NCBI GenBank assembly: GCA_963729625.1
Contig: CAVSOU010000008.1
Coordinates: 128,001 to 192,000, forward strand
From: an uncultured bacterium
Lineage (GTDB): Bacteria > Chloroflexota > UBA5177 > JANWHV01
Direction of reading: 5' to 3'
DNA length: 64,000 bases
Part shown: positions 10,931-20,607 of the stretch, piece after piece
Position numbering within the stretch: the stretch's first letter is position 1
Layout of the letters: each line of letters starts with the position of its first letter
The notes under the pieces: model-generated
What the model was told of the DNA's origin: nothing
What the model saw: only the letters and a program-made list of their open reading frames with translations
Database searches by the model: none
Translations under genes and position numbers: made by a program

Positions 10931-12857
10931 CCCATTGGCGGGGTCGTAGGCGGTCTTGATCTTCTTCGCATTCGCAGTGGCGGCGAATTCCTGCTCATAC
11001 GAGTTCGCGCTGCCCCCGTAGTAGTTCCAGTTGGCATTCGGCTCGTTGCCGATCTCGTAGTAGATAGGCCTGCCGGTCGGGTACCAGCTATTTTTGATCA
11101 GCGCGCTCACGAAATTGGCCACACCCTGCTCGAATTGGCCCGTAGTGGGCGCGCATCCACCCGCGACGAAGTCGACGATCGGCACCGCCGTAGTAGACAT
11201 CTGCTGAAGGATGGAGGAGGCTGGGTAGTCGTTGAGGACGGTACCACTCGCGTCGACGCTTTCCGCGTTCGGAACGCCCATGTAGTTGGCGCACGTGATC
11301 TCGTCCTCAAAGCGCAGATACTGAGCATTCAGGGGGGACAGCGCGTTTCCGACCGCAAGAACCCGCACTGGGGGGGCCGTCGGGTTCGGGGTCGCCGTGC
11401 CCGGGCCGGGCGTGTAGAGGCATCCTACGCCGGCACACGGGCCGAACGCGCCCGAAACGCCGTAGATGCTGCTCGTGCAGTCGTTCAGCGTGGAGTAGAT
11501 GCAGCTCGCGGCGTCGCTCAGCCCGGATCCGGCGGTGCTCGCGGCGCCGTTCACCGACGGCGCGCTGGGAGCGAGCAACACGTCGAGGTAGGGAGCTTCC
11601 GTGAGCGCCGTCAGTCCCGTGTCGAGAGCGGCAGAGAATCGCGTCGCGGACTGCGCGCCGACCAGGCTCAGCCCCCCGTTGGTGCGGTGGTCGGCAAGCC
11701 ACTGCCTCGCGACCGCGCTCACATCCCATGCGTGCCAGCCGTCGCCGCTCGGTGCCGTCTCGGGCGCCGCCGCGGCCGCGGCCGCTTGTGATGAGCCCCG
11801 CCAGCTCGGCAGCTGGTACGCGTACGTCCCCAGGGCTGCCAGCCCTCCCGGCGACGCGTTGCTCATCACGGAAGCGCCAGTTGCCGTGGCCGTGCCGGCG
11901 GACCACAGGTGCAGTCCCGCGGAGACGACGGGCACCCCCGGCTCCAGGGCCGAGAGATCGAACTTCAGATAGCCGCGGCCGTTGCAGGTGCCGGACGGAC
12001 CGGCGGCGAGATCGCGCACGGGCATGGCGCCGTCCTGGTCGCAGTCCGCCACCGTGCCCGTGGTGGCGGCGTAGTGCGCGTCGAAGGCGGAGACGATGGG
12101 CACGTCCACGCGGATCGGAAAGGCGCGGCGCGCGTCTGTGAGCCAGGTCGGGTCGAGGTGCAGCGTGAGCCGTTGCGCGCTGCCGACCACGGCCAGGTCC
12201 GTGGTGAGGCTGCCACCCGTGACCGCACCCGTGGCACTGTCCGCGGCCGTGGCGCGCTCGAGGTAGTACTCGGGCGCCTGCTGGACGATGGGGCTGCCGT
12301 TGTCCGCATACTGCGTCACGGGTCTTGCGATCTGATAGCTGCTTGTCCCATTGGCGGTGACGCTGGACTGTGGGTCCAGCGCCAGGTTCACGGCAAGGTT
12401 GGAGAGAGAGCCGGGCCCCGTGAGCGTGAAGGATACGGCCAGGCCCTCCACCGTGGCCCGCAGCACTGCCGTCACGCCCGTGGTGCCGGCGGTCGGGACG
12501 AGGGTCAGGGCGTTGCCCTGCACACCCACGCCGGGGCCCGGCGAAACGAAGCCCGGAATGCTCAGGCCGAGCGTGCCGCCGTCCTCGTTGACCAGGGAGG
12601 CAACCTGTCCGGCGCCGGCCGGGCCGCCCAGGCGGGCGGTGAACGGCACGGAGGCCGGCGAGAGCGTGCCGTCGCCGTTCGGCACCAGGTCCACATTGCG
12701 GAGATGCCAGCCCGTGCTATCGAACTGCCCGACAGGCCCGGCGTACAGATAGAGATGCGTCTGACCGTTCCCGGCGGAGACGAAGCGACTGTTGGGGGTG
12801 TCGATCTGCCAGAGCTCGGTTCCCGCCGGTGGATACGTGGGATTCGGTAGCGACGGT
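10931..12857 (-). CDS. Middle part of the frameshifted multidomain protein: WapA/RHS-N-like region, DNRLRE-like domain, clan GH-A-like N-half
   Basis: GRGYLKFDLSAL...VVSAGLHLW...WHAWDVSAVARQW...NGGLSL (DNRLRE-like); YYEIGNEPN acid/base-like motif. Confidence 0.7.
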
Positions 12858-13229
12858 GGTGGCCGTCGCGGGTCCCGGTGTGGTTGCCGTGGGCGTTGCC
12901 GTGACCGTGCCGGTTGCAGCCGTGGGGGTGAAGGTGTTGGCTGCAGGGGTTGGCGTGACCGTGTCGGTTGCGGCCGTGGGCGTGAAGGTGTTGGCTGCCG
13001 GAGTCGGCGTGAGCGTACCGCTTGCAGGCACTGCCGTGACCGTGCTGCTCGAAGGCGCCAAGGTGGCAGTCCCGGCCGCCAACCCCGCGGCCGCGGCAGT
13101 CGCGGAGTTAGCGGGGGATGGCGTCGCGGCGGGCGCCAGAATGCCGGAAAGGATGAGCGAGAAGGGCACCAGGCGGAGGCACGCTTGCCTCCACGGGCGA
13201 TTGGCAAGCAGGTTGACCATACGGCGCAC
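12858..13229 (-). CDS. N-terminal part of the frameshifted multidomain protein: signal peptide and Thr/Pro-rich linker
   Basis: Basic N-terminus, hydrophobic LVPFSLILSGILAPAA, duplicated TPTPAANTFTPTAAT; same frame as the 7461-10910 ORF. Confidence 0.65.
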
Positions 13230-13758
13230 GCTCCAATTCCTTCACAGCACAGCGACATTGGCCGCCACGAGCGGTCGGGTAGTGGCGCGATAGGCACGGA
13301 ACCTGGATCGACCGGCGATCACGGATGGGTCCGCCAGGCAGCGCGGTAGTACGCCGGTGCCCGCCGTGGCTCTATCTCGCCAAGCCGGCGTCCGCTTGAG
13401 GCCAGTCTGCCTCACCGGCCGCGGCGGCAGTGTAGGTGTGGCCTGCCAGCGACGAGAGCACGGCAGGTTGGCCTCTCTCAAGTCACAGCCGGCCAGCCGG
13501 CATCCACGAAGGAGCCGGTATGCCCGCCATGCGGTGCTGGGCGCGGCGAGTTGCGTTGGGGGCACAGTGGTCATGGTGCGACGCGACATGATCGGTGTGG
13601 CAGACGACCAACGTGAGCGAGTGCGTACGGCGGCGGATACAGCCATTGCATCACGGCGCCCACTCGCCGGGAGACCTTCGGCGAGGCGAGGCTCGCGTGG
13701 CTCGTCCCATGCCGCTCCCATAGCGCCCCCTATTGCCTCCCTACGGTGGAACGTCAGG

Positions 13759-16632
13759 TCATCCGGTTATCCCGTCGGTGCTGGCCAGGATGGTGCCGTT
13801 CTGCCCCACCGCCAGACAGGCCGACGCACTCGGGCAGGTGACGGCATTCAGAAAGGCGGTGGTGCCCGAGGGTCGGGCAGTCCAGGTGACCCCGAACGGG
13901 TCGCCGGCAAGGATAGTCCCGTACTCGCCCACCGCCAGGCAGCCGGTCCCAGCCAGGCAGGTCACCGCTGCCAGGGCATCCGTCGTGCCGGAGGAGCGGG
14001 TGTACCAGGTGGCGCCGCCGTCGGCGGTGGTCAGGATGGTGCCGTGTGAGCCCACGGCCACGCAGGTGCTGGCACTCCAGCAGGCGAGGCCGAGCAGGAA
14101 GTTCGTGGTGCCGGAGGACCGGCTCGCCCAGCCGGTCCCCTCGGGTGCGCCACGCACGATAGTGCCGTCCTGGCCGACTGCAAGGCAGACGGCGCTGCTG
14201 GGACAGGCGATGGCAAACAGGTCGCTGCCGGTGCCGGAGGGATTGGCGGACCAGGTTGCCCCGCCATCCGCGCTGCGCAGCAATGTCCCGTTCTGACCCA
14301 CCGCCAGGCAGGTACTGCCGGTCGGGCAGACGATGCCGGAGAGGTCGGGTCCGACCTCGGCAGCGAGCTGGCTCCGCGAGGCGCCGACGTCCTGGAGCTT
14401 GAGAATCGTGCCTCCCTGGCCCGAGGCGAGGCAGGTATTGCGGGCGTGACAGGTGAGGCCGGTCACACTGGCGACAGACGTGCCAGCGTGCCAGTGTGCT
14501 CCAGCATCGGTGCTGACCAGGAAGGGACTGCCATCGCTGCCGCCTACCAGGCACACGACGCTGCTCGGGCAGGCAATGGCATCCAGGTCGGTGGCCAGGC
14601 CCGACGGGCGTGGGTGCCAGGCACTCGCGGTCGCCGGTGCAGGTGTGCTCCCTGGCGTTGGGCTTGGCGTTACTGCCGCCGCCGGCCCACTCGCCGCGCC
14701 GCGGGCCAGAATCGTCCCCCACTGGCCCACGGCGAGGCAGAGGGTGCTGCTCTGGCAGGTGGCGGCGTACAGGAAGTTGGCGGTGCCCGAGGGTTGGCTG
14801 GTCCAGGTGGCGCCGCCGTCCGCGCTGGCCAGAATCAGGCCAAGATCACCCACAGCCACGCAGGTGCCACCTGCGGAGCAGGCAAGGCCGCGAACAGTGA
14901 GGAGGGTGCCAGAGGGGCGGCTGCGCCAGGTGAACCCGCCGTCCGTGCTCGCCAGGATGATTCCCCGCTGCCCCACTGCCAGGCAGAGGGTGGTGCTCGG
15001 GCAGGTGAGGCCGCCCGCCCCGGCGCCGGGGCCGGCCGAGTGCCTGCGCCAGGTCACGCCGCCGTCGACGCTCAGCAGGACACTGTTGCCCGGGCCCGGG
15101 ACCAGACAGAAGCTAGTGCTTGGGCAGGTGAGGCCGAGCTGCGTCAGCCCGGCGGGCGTCGCGCGTCTCGTCCAGCTAGCGCCACCGTCCGTGCTGGCCA
15201 GGATGATGCCATGGCCCCCTTCAGCCAAGCAGAGGGTGCTGCTGGGGCAGGTCACCGCATAGAGTGAGTTGGTGGTGCCGGCAGCACGGCGTCGCCAGGT
15301 GAGGCCGCCGTCGGCACTGGTCAGAATGGTGGCGTGGTCCCCCACGGCCAGGCAGAGGGTGCTGCTCGGGCAGGCGACGCCCCAGAGCACATCGGCGGTG
15401 CCGCTGGAGCGAGCGGTCCAGGTAGCGCCGCCGTCCGCGCTGGCCAGGATGGCGCCGCCCTCGCCCACCGCCAGGCAGGGGCCGCCGGCGATACAGGCGA
15501 CGCCACGCAGAAGGCTGCTGGTACTCACGGTGCGGCTGGTCCAGGTGATCCCGCCGTCCGCGCTGGTCAGGATGGCGCCGCCGACGCCCACGGCTAAACA
15601 CAGGAGACCGGTTGAGCAGGTGACGCCGTACAGGTCGACAGTGGTGCCGGTGTGGCGGCTGACCCAGGTGATCCCGCCGTCCTGGCTGGTCTCGACGGCG
15701 CCCTTGCGACCCGCGACCAGGCAGACACCGTCCGCGGCGCACGTGAGGGCAAAGGCGTCCGGCAGGCTCACGGCTGGACGATAGCGCCAGCTACCACCAC
15801 CGCCCGTACTGGCCAACAGGCGCCCGTCTGGGGCGACCACGGCCAGACAGTCGCCGGCCGCATAACACACCACGGCCGACAGGCCGGAGATGCCGGAGTT
15901 GGCAGGCACGGGGTCAGGGCGCTGGATCCAGGTCGTACCGCCGTCCCCGCTGGTCAGGATTGTCGCGCCCACCGCCACGCAGGCGAGCGAGCGCGTGCAG
16001 CTCACGCTCTGCAGGAAGTCGAGATTATCGGCGATGTAGAAGGAGTGATCCTGCCACGTGGCGCCACCGTCCCTGCTCACCAGGATGGTGCCGCCGCTGC
16101 CCACGGCCAGGCACGTGCGGCTGGTCGGGCAGGTGATGTCAGTCAGGGTGCCAGTTGCGGAGGCTGGATTGCTCACGCTCTGCCAGGTGCTCCCGCCATC
16201 CTTGGTGGCGAGGATCGTGCCGTGGTCGCCCACGGCCATGCAGGTGCGGCTGGTCGGGCAGGCGATACTCGCCAGGCCCATGATCGTGCCGGAGGAGTGG
16301 CGCCACCAGGTCACGCCGCCGTCCACGCTGGCCAGGATGACACCTGCGCTGCCCACCGCCAGACAACTGCTGGGCGTCGGGCAGGCAACGCCGCCAAGGG
16401 AATTGCCTTGTGGCAGTGGATGGCGCCAGACCCACGTGTCGGTAGCGCCGCCCGCCCGCGGCGCGGCCATCCCGGTCGGCGTGGTCTCCATGTGTCCCAC
16501 CTGGGTGGCGGCAGTCGGCGCGATCGCGCGCACTGAACCAGTGGGCGGCGCCAGTACGGCCACCACCAGCACGAGGGCGTAGACCGCGGCACGAGCCTGC
16601 CGCGACGAGCGACGCCATGACCAGGCATTCAT
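13759..16632 (-). CDS. Secreted YCF48/BNR(Asp-box)-like beta-propeller protein with 21 C-x5-C repeats (~957 aa)
   Basis: Signal-like MNAWSWRRSSRQARAAVYALVLVVAVLA; repeated CPxxxxCLAVGxxGxILxSxDGGxTW. Confidence 0.85.
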   Translation of the reverse strand: MNAWSWRRSSRQARAAVYALVLVVAVLAPPTGSVRAIAPTAATQVGHMETTPTGMAAPRAGGATDTWVWRHPLPQGNSLGGVACPTPSSCLAVGSAGVILASVDGGVTWWRHSSGTIMGLASIACPTSRTCMAVGDHGTILATKDGGSTWQSVSNPASATGTLTDITCPTSRTCLAVGSGGTILVSRDGGATWQDHSFYIADNLDFLQSVSCTRSLACVAVGATILTSGDGGTTWIQRPDPVPANSGISGLSAVVCYAAGDCLAVVAPDGRLLASTGGGGSWRYRPAVSLPDAFALTCAADGVCLVAGRKGAVETSQDGGITWVSRHTGTTVDLYGVTCSTGLLCLAVGVGGAILTSADGGITWTSRTVSTSSLLRGVACIAGGPCLAVGEGGAILASADGGATWTARSSGTADVLWGVACPSSTLCLAVGDHATILTSADGGLTWRRRAAGTTNSLYAVTCPSSTLCLAEGGHGIILASTDGGASWTRRATPAGLTQLGLTCPSTSFCLVPGPGNSVLLSVDGGVTWRRHSAGPGAGAGGLTCPSTTLCLAVGQRGIILASTDGGFTWRSRPSGTLLTVRGLACSAGGTCVAVGDLGLILASADGGATWTSQPSGTANFLYAATCQSSTLCLAVGQWGTILARGAASGPAAAVTPSPTPGSTPAPATASAWHPRPSGLATDLDAIACPSSVVCLVGGSDGSPFLVSTDAGAHWHAGTSVASVTGLTCHARNTCLASGQGGTILKLQDVGASRSQLAAEVGPDLSGIVCPTGSTCLAVGQNGTLLRSADGGATWSANPSGTGSDLFAIACPSSAVCLAVGQDGTIVRGAPEGTGWASRSSGTTNFLLGLACWSASTCVAVGSHGTILTTADGGATWYTRSSGTTDALAAVTCLAGTGCLAVGEYGTILAGDPFGVTWTARPSGTTAFLNAVTCPSASACLAVGQNGTILASTDGITG

Positions 16633-17118
16633 GTCCCGGTCCCTCGGTTCTTTCCTCACGCATCGACACTGCAGGCACCACCGCCGCCAGGACCACACTC
16701 GCCTCGTCCGCGCGTGTGCGGCTGTTCGGCACGTCGTGCGCCATACAAGGACCACGTGACGCGCTCGCTCCGCCTGCTGCCCTTGTCCCGGTCCCGCACG
16801 TGCGCGACCGGTGCCCGCGATGCTCGGGCCGACCTGGAGGTTGTCACCACGGGACAGCCGGCTTGCACTCGTGCCCCGCGCGAGTGCTATCGTACCACGG
16901 CCGTAGCCATCTGTCGCCCTCAGCGTGCGGTGACGCGCATGGAGACTCATCCGTTCGCTACGCCTTTGGTCATCGGTCACATTCGTTACACTGGGGGCAG
17001 CCACCATCGGCGCGTCCTGGTGGACCGTGGCGCGTGATCCCGAGATGACGCGGGTCAAATTGCCGCCTGCGATCGCCGCCGGTTGTGCACTTGGGTTGAA
17101 ACTGAAGGATGTCGGAGC

Positions 17119-18330
17119 ATGCCGGATCGAAACATCAGCGCGGTGATCGTCGGCGCGGGAAAGGTGGGCCGCGGCTTCATCGCCCACCTGCTGTCACTTG
17201 CCGGGGCACGCGTCACCTTTGTCGAATGGAACCAGGACCTTGTCGCCGAGATGGCGCGACGAGGTCGGTACCACGTGTACATCGCCGGCGAACCCATGCA
17301 GGAGTATGTCGTCCAGGAGTACACGATTGTCGCGGCCAGTGACACGGAGCAGGTTGCGGACCTCATCGCCGGTGCGGACCTCGTCTTCACGGCCATCGGC
17401 GGCGAGCGCCTGGCTTCGCTTGGGCCGCTGTTTGCCGGTGGCATTACCCGGCGCGCGCACGGCGATCCGGCCGTGCTCAACCTGATCACGTGCGAGAACT
17501 GGACCCAGCCCGGTTCGATTCTGCGCCGCAGTATCGAGTCAAGCCTGCCGCCGGAAGCGCAGGCGTACTTCGAGGAGTACTGCGGCATTGCCGAGTCGAC
17601 GGTCTATCGCGGGTGCATCGAGCCCACGGCCGAACAGCGCGCAAGTGACCCTCTCGCGGTGCAGGGAACCGACTACTGGCAGCTTCAGGTCGACGGCGAC
17701 AAGGTACGCCGACCTTTCCCGGAGCTTGCCGGAATCGTGCTCATCACGGGCTTCCAGAGCGCGCTCGAGCGAAAGCTCTTCACCTACAGCGCGCTCAGCG
17801 CCACCATCTCGTATCTTGGAGCGCTGTTGGGTTACAGCACGTTACATGACGCAGCCGTCGACCCACGCGTGGTCGCGGTGGCGCGCGCAGTGTTGCGCGA
17901 GTCCGGCACGGCCCTCTGCCGACGCCACGGGCACTCGGCTGAAGATCAGGCAGAGCATGCCCAGGAGTCGCTTGCCGCGTTTCAGGACGCGCTCAATCCA
18001 GACACACTGGAGCGCCACGCCCGCGACCCGCTGCGAAAACTGAGCCGTCACGATCGGTTGGTGGGACCCGCATCGCTCTGCCTGGAGGAGGGCGTGGAGC
18101 CGCGAGCGCTGGCCCTGACGATCGCCGCCGCCCTCCGCTACGATGAGCCCAGCGACCCAGCCGCGACAGCGCTGCAGAGGCGGCTGACCGAGGGCGGCCT
18201 CGAGAGCGTACTCGCGGAGGTATGCGGGCTGGATCCGAACGGCCCGTTGGCGATGCTTGTCAAGGCGCGCATTCCGGAGATCGCTCGATTCGCCGCTGGT
18301 GACAAGACAAGCGAGTGGGCCGGCATGTGA
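17119..18330 (+). CDS. Mannitol-1-phosphate/polyol-phosphate dehydrogenase family protein
   Basis: GAGKVGRGF, ITCEN, ERKLFTYS and RDPLRKLSRHDRLVGPA motifs of the MtlD family. Confidence 0.8.
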   Translation: MPDRNISAVIVGAGKVGRGFIAHLLSLAGARVTFVEWNQDLVAEMARRGRYHVYIAGEPMQEYVVQEYTIVAASDTEQVADLIAGADLVFTAIGGERLASLGPLFAGGITRRAHGDPAVLNLITCENWTQPGSILRRSIESSLPPEAQAYFEEYCGIAESTVYRGCIEPTAEQRASDPLAVQGTDYWQLQVDGDKVRRPFPELAGIVLITGFQSALERKLFTYSALSATISYLGALLGYSTLHDAAVDPRVVAVARAVLRESGTALCRRHGHSAEDQAEHAQESLAAFQDALNPDTLERHARDPLRKLSRHDRLVGPASLCLEEGVEPRALALTIAAALRYDEPSDPAATALQRRLTEGGLESVLAEVCGLDPNGPLAMLVKARIPEIARFAAGDKTSEWAGM

Positions 18331-18361
18331 CAACAGCCGTTCGGCGGGCGCGAGAGCTGGA

Positions 18362-19570
18362 GTGAGAATTTCGTCGGCCGGCCATAGTCGCGCGCGACAC
18401 GCCTTGATCGGCGCCATCGCTGCCGCGGGCGCCACGGGCTGGAACAACACGAACATCGGCGCGATGGCGACCAGCCTTGCCCGCGAATACGGCATTTCGC
18501 TCGCCGAGGTGGGTCTCTTCACGACCGCGCTCTTCCTCACGCACATGATCATGCAGATACCAGCCGGCAGAGCGAGCGAGCACTTTGGGGCACGACGAAC
18601 AATGCTGGCCGGGCTAGGCGTCCTCGCCATCGCGAACGCCGCCGCGTTGGTCGCCGGATCGCCGGCTTCCATTATCGCCGTCCGCGCGCTCATGGGGGTC
18701 GGCACCGGTCTCGTCTTCGTTTCGGGCAGCGCGTACGTCCGAGAATCCGGTGGCTCACCATTCGCCCAGGGACTCTACGGTGGCATGGGCCTTGGCGGCG
18801 GAGGCCTCGCGATCGTGGTGGTCCCCCAGGTAGCAGGCTGGTTGGGATGGCGCGCGCCCTTCGCAACGGCGCTGCTGGTCGGCGCGGCGGCATTCGGGGT
18901 CCTGCTGCTCAGTCCAGGGGATCGGCCGTGGCAGCGTCCGCGTCGCCCCGGCGGTGTTACAGCCGGGCTGTTCGCGGACCGCCGTCTCTACAGGCTCGCC
19001 GCCGTCTATGCGGCCTCGCTCGGCCTGAGCATCGTGATCGGCAACTGGATTGTCACCATGCTCGAGCGCTCCGGCGGCGCATCATCCGGCGCTGCCGGTC
19101 TTGTCGGAGGCTTGGCCCTGTTGCTGCCGGTCTTCTCCCGACCGCTTGGCGGCTGGATTCTGCGCGCCCGTCCTGGCTACATACGCGCCTCCGTCGCGCT
19201 CAGCTTGGCCGGCGGCGCGCTCGGTACGCTTGCGCTGGTCGTGGCGGCGCCGCTGCCCATTGCCGCCGCCGGCGCGATCCTGGTCGGCGTTGCCGCCGGC
19301 ATTCCCTTCGCCCCGGTCTTTCTTGGCGCGGCGCAACTGCGGCCGGATAGCCCTGTCGCGGCGGTCGGCCTGGTCAACGCCGCGGCCAGCGCCGTTGTCG
19401 TCGCCGGGACGCCGTTGCTCGGCTTGACCTTTTCGCTGCCCGGCTCGGGACGGGTCGGCTTCGCCGTCGTCGCCGTGCTGTGGCTGGGATCGCTGGTCGC
19501 CGTGCCGCCGGCCCGGGACCTCGGCGCACCCACCACTACCGCTCCACTGGCCGGCGCTGCGAGTGGTTGA
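18362..19570 (+). CDS. MFS transporter
   Basis: Many hydrophobic segments; motif A-like GRASEHFGARR; start uncertain. Confidence 0.8.
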   Translation: MRISSAGHSRARHALIGAIAAAGATGWNNTNIGAMATSLAREYGISLAEVGLFTTALFLTHMIMQIPAGRASEHFGARRTMLAGLGVLAIANAAALVAGSPASIIAVRALMGVGTGLVFVSGSAYVRESGGSPFAQGLYGGMGLGGGGLAIVVVPQVAGWLGWRAPFATALLVGAAAFGVLLLSPGDRPWQRPRRPGGVTAGLFADRRLYRLAAVYAASLGLSIVIGNWIVTMLERSGGASSGAAGLVGGLALLLPVFSRPLGGWILRARPGYIRASVALSLAGGALGTLALVVAAPLPIAAAGAILVGVAAGIPFAPVFLGAAQLRPDSPVAAVGLVNAAASAVVVAGTPLLGLTFSLPGSGRVGFAVVAVLWLGSLVAVPPARDLGAPTTTAPLAGAASG

Positions 19571-19723
19571 GAAGTGCGGCAACCAACGTTGAGAAGCCTG
19601 GCCTGCACTATCCCGCAGGCTTATAAGGCGTCGGGATTACACGAGAACGTGGCGTGGCGGCGCGCCCGGCGACATCGTCGGTATGTATGATGGATAGGAT
19701 GGAGCAGAGGAGGTTATCGGTTC

Positions 19724-20467
19724 GTGCGCATCGCCGTAATTGCCGATATCCATGCAAATCTCATTGCCCTCGATGCTGTCCTGGCGGAGATATCGGTACA
19801 GGAAATCGACACCAGCGTCTGCCTGGGTGACGTCGCCGGTCTCGGGGCACACCCGCGCGAAGTGCTCGACCGTTTGCGGGCACTGGCGTGCCCGGTGGTC
19901 ATGGGCAATGCCGACGAGTTTCTCCTGGATCCTTCGCTTCTCGATCCGGCCCGCCACCCCAAAGCGGATCAACGCACCCGGCGCATGCACGAGATGGAGC
20001 GCTGGGCCGCCGAACAGATCACGCCCGCACACAGAACGTACATCCGTACGTTCAAGCCGACAGTCGAGGTACCTCTCGGCGAAGATGCGTCTATTCTTTG
20101 CTACCACGGCTCTCCGCGTTCCAACTGGGACGATATACGCGCCTCGACTTCGGACACCGAGATGGTATCCCTCCTGGGATATCGCCGAACGTTGGTGATG
20201 GCCGGAGGGCACACGCACGAGCAATTCGTCCGCCGCCTGGACCAGTCGATCGTCATCAACCCAGGCAGTGTCGGGCTTCCCTACGAGACGTTGGCCGGAG
20301 GCGACTATCGTAACCCGCCATGGTCGGAATACGCGGTGGTCACGGCAGACGGCGATCGGCTCGCCGTCGAGCTGCGGCGCGTACCTGTCGATCAAGCGGC
20401 AATTCGCGAAGCGCTGGTCGCCAGCGGCATCCCACACGCCCAATGGTGGGCTGCCGACTGGCGCTAA
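19724..20467 (+). CDS. Calcineurin-like metallophosphoesterase
   Basis: DIHAN, CLGD, GNAD, HGSP, GHTH and INPGSVG motifs. Confidence 0.9.
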   Translation: MRIAVIADIHANLIALDAVLAEISVQEIDTSVCLGDVAGLGAHPREVLDRLRALACPVVMGNADEFLLDPSLLDPARHPKADQRTRRMHEMERWAAEQITPAHRTYIRTFKPTVEVPLGEDASILCYHGSPRSNWDDIRASTSDTEMVSLLGYRRTLVMAGGHTHEQFVRRLDQSIVINPGSVGLPYETLAGGDYRNPPWSEYAVVTADGDRLAVELRRVPVDQAAIREALVASGIPHAQWWAADWR

Positions 20468-20607
20468 CGCGAAGAGCTCCTGTTCCTGTCATCGGCCAGC
20501 TGCCGTGTGCCGGTCGGAACCAAGGTATATGGCCTGGCTGGCAAGCCGGTGGTATGGTGTGATCAGGCTGCACGTTGTTCAGCATGATCGACTGAGGATC
20601 CCCCTCC

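Noticed and set aside
10925-12862. Programmed frameshifting or phase variation in the mosaic gene
   Set aside because: No slippery heptamer or long homopolymer at either site; similar single-base indels in msrA point to sequencing error.
8520-16400. Long DNA repeats as CRISPR or diversity-generating retroelement template/variable repeats
   Set aside because: They are degenerate in-frame coding repeats; no reverse transcriptase is present and no adenine-specific pair was noticed.
16633-17187. N-terminal extension of the 1142-aa track ORF
   Set aside because: Arg-rich, overlaps the divergent dehydrogenase; the signal peptide begins at ATG 16632.
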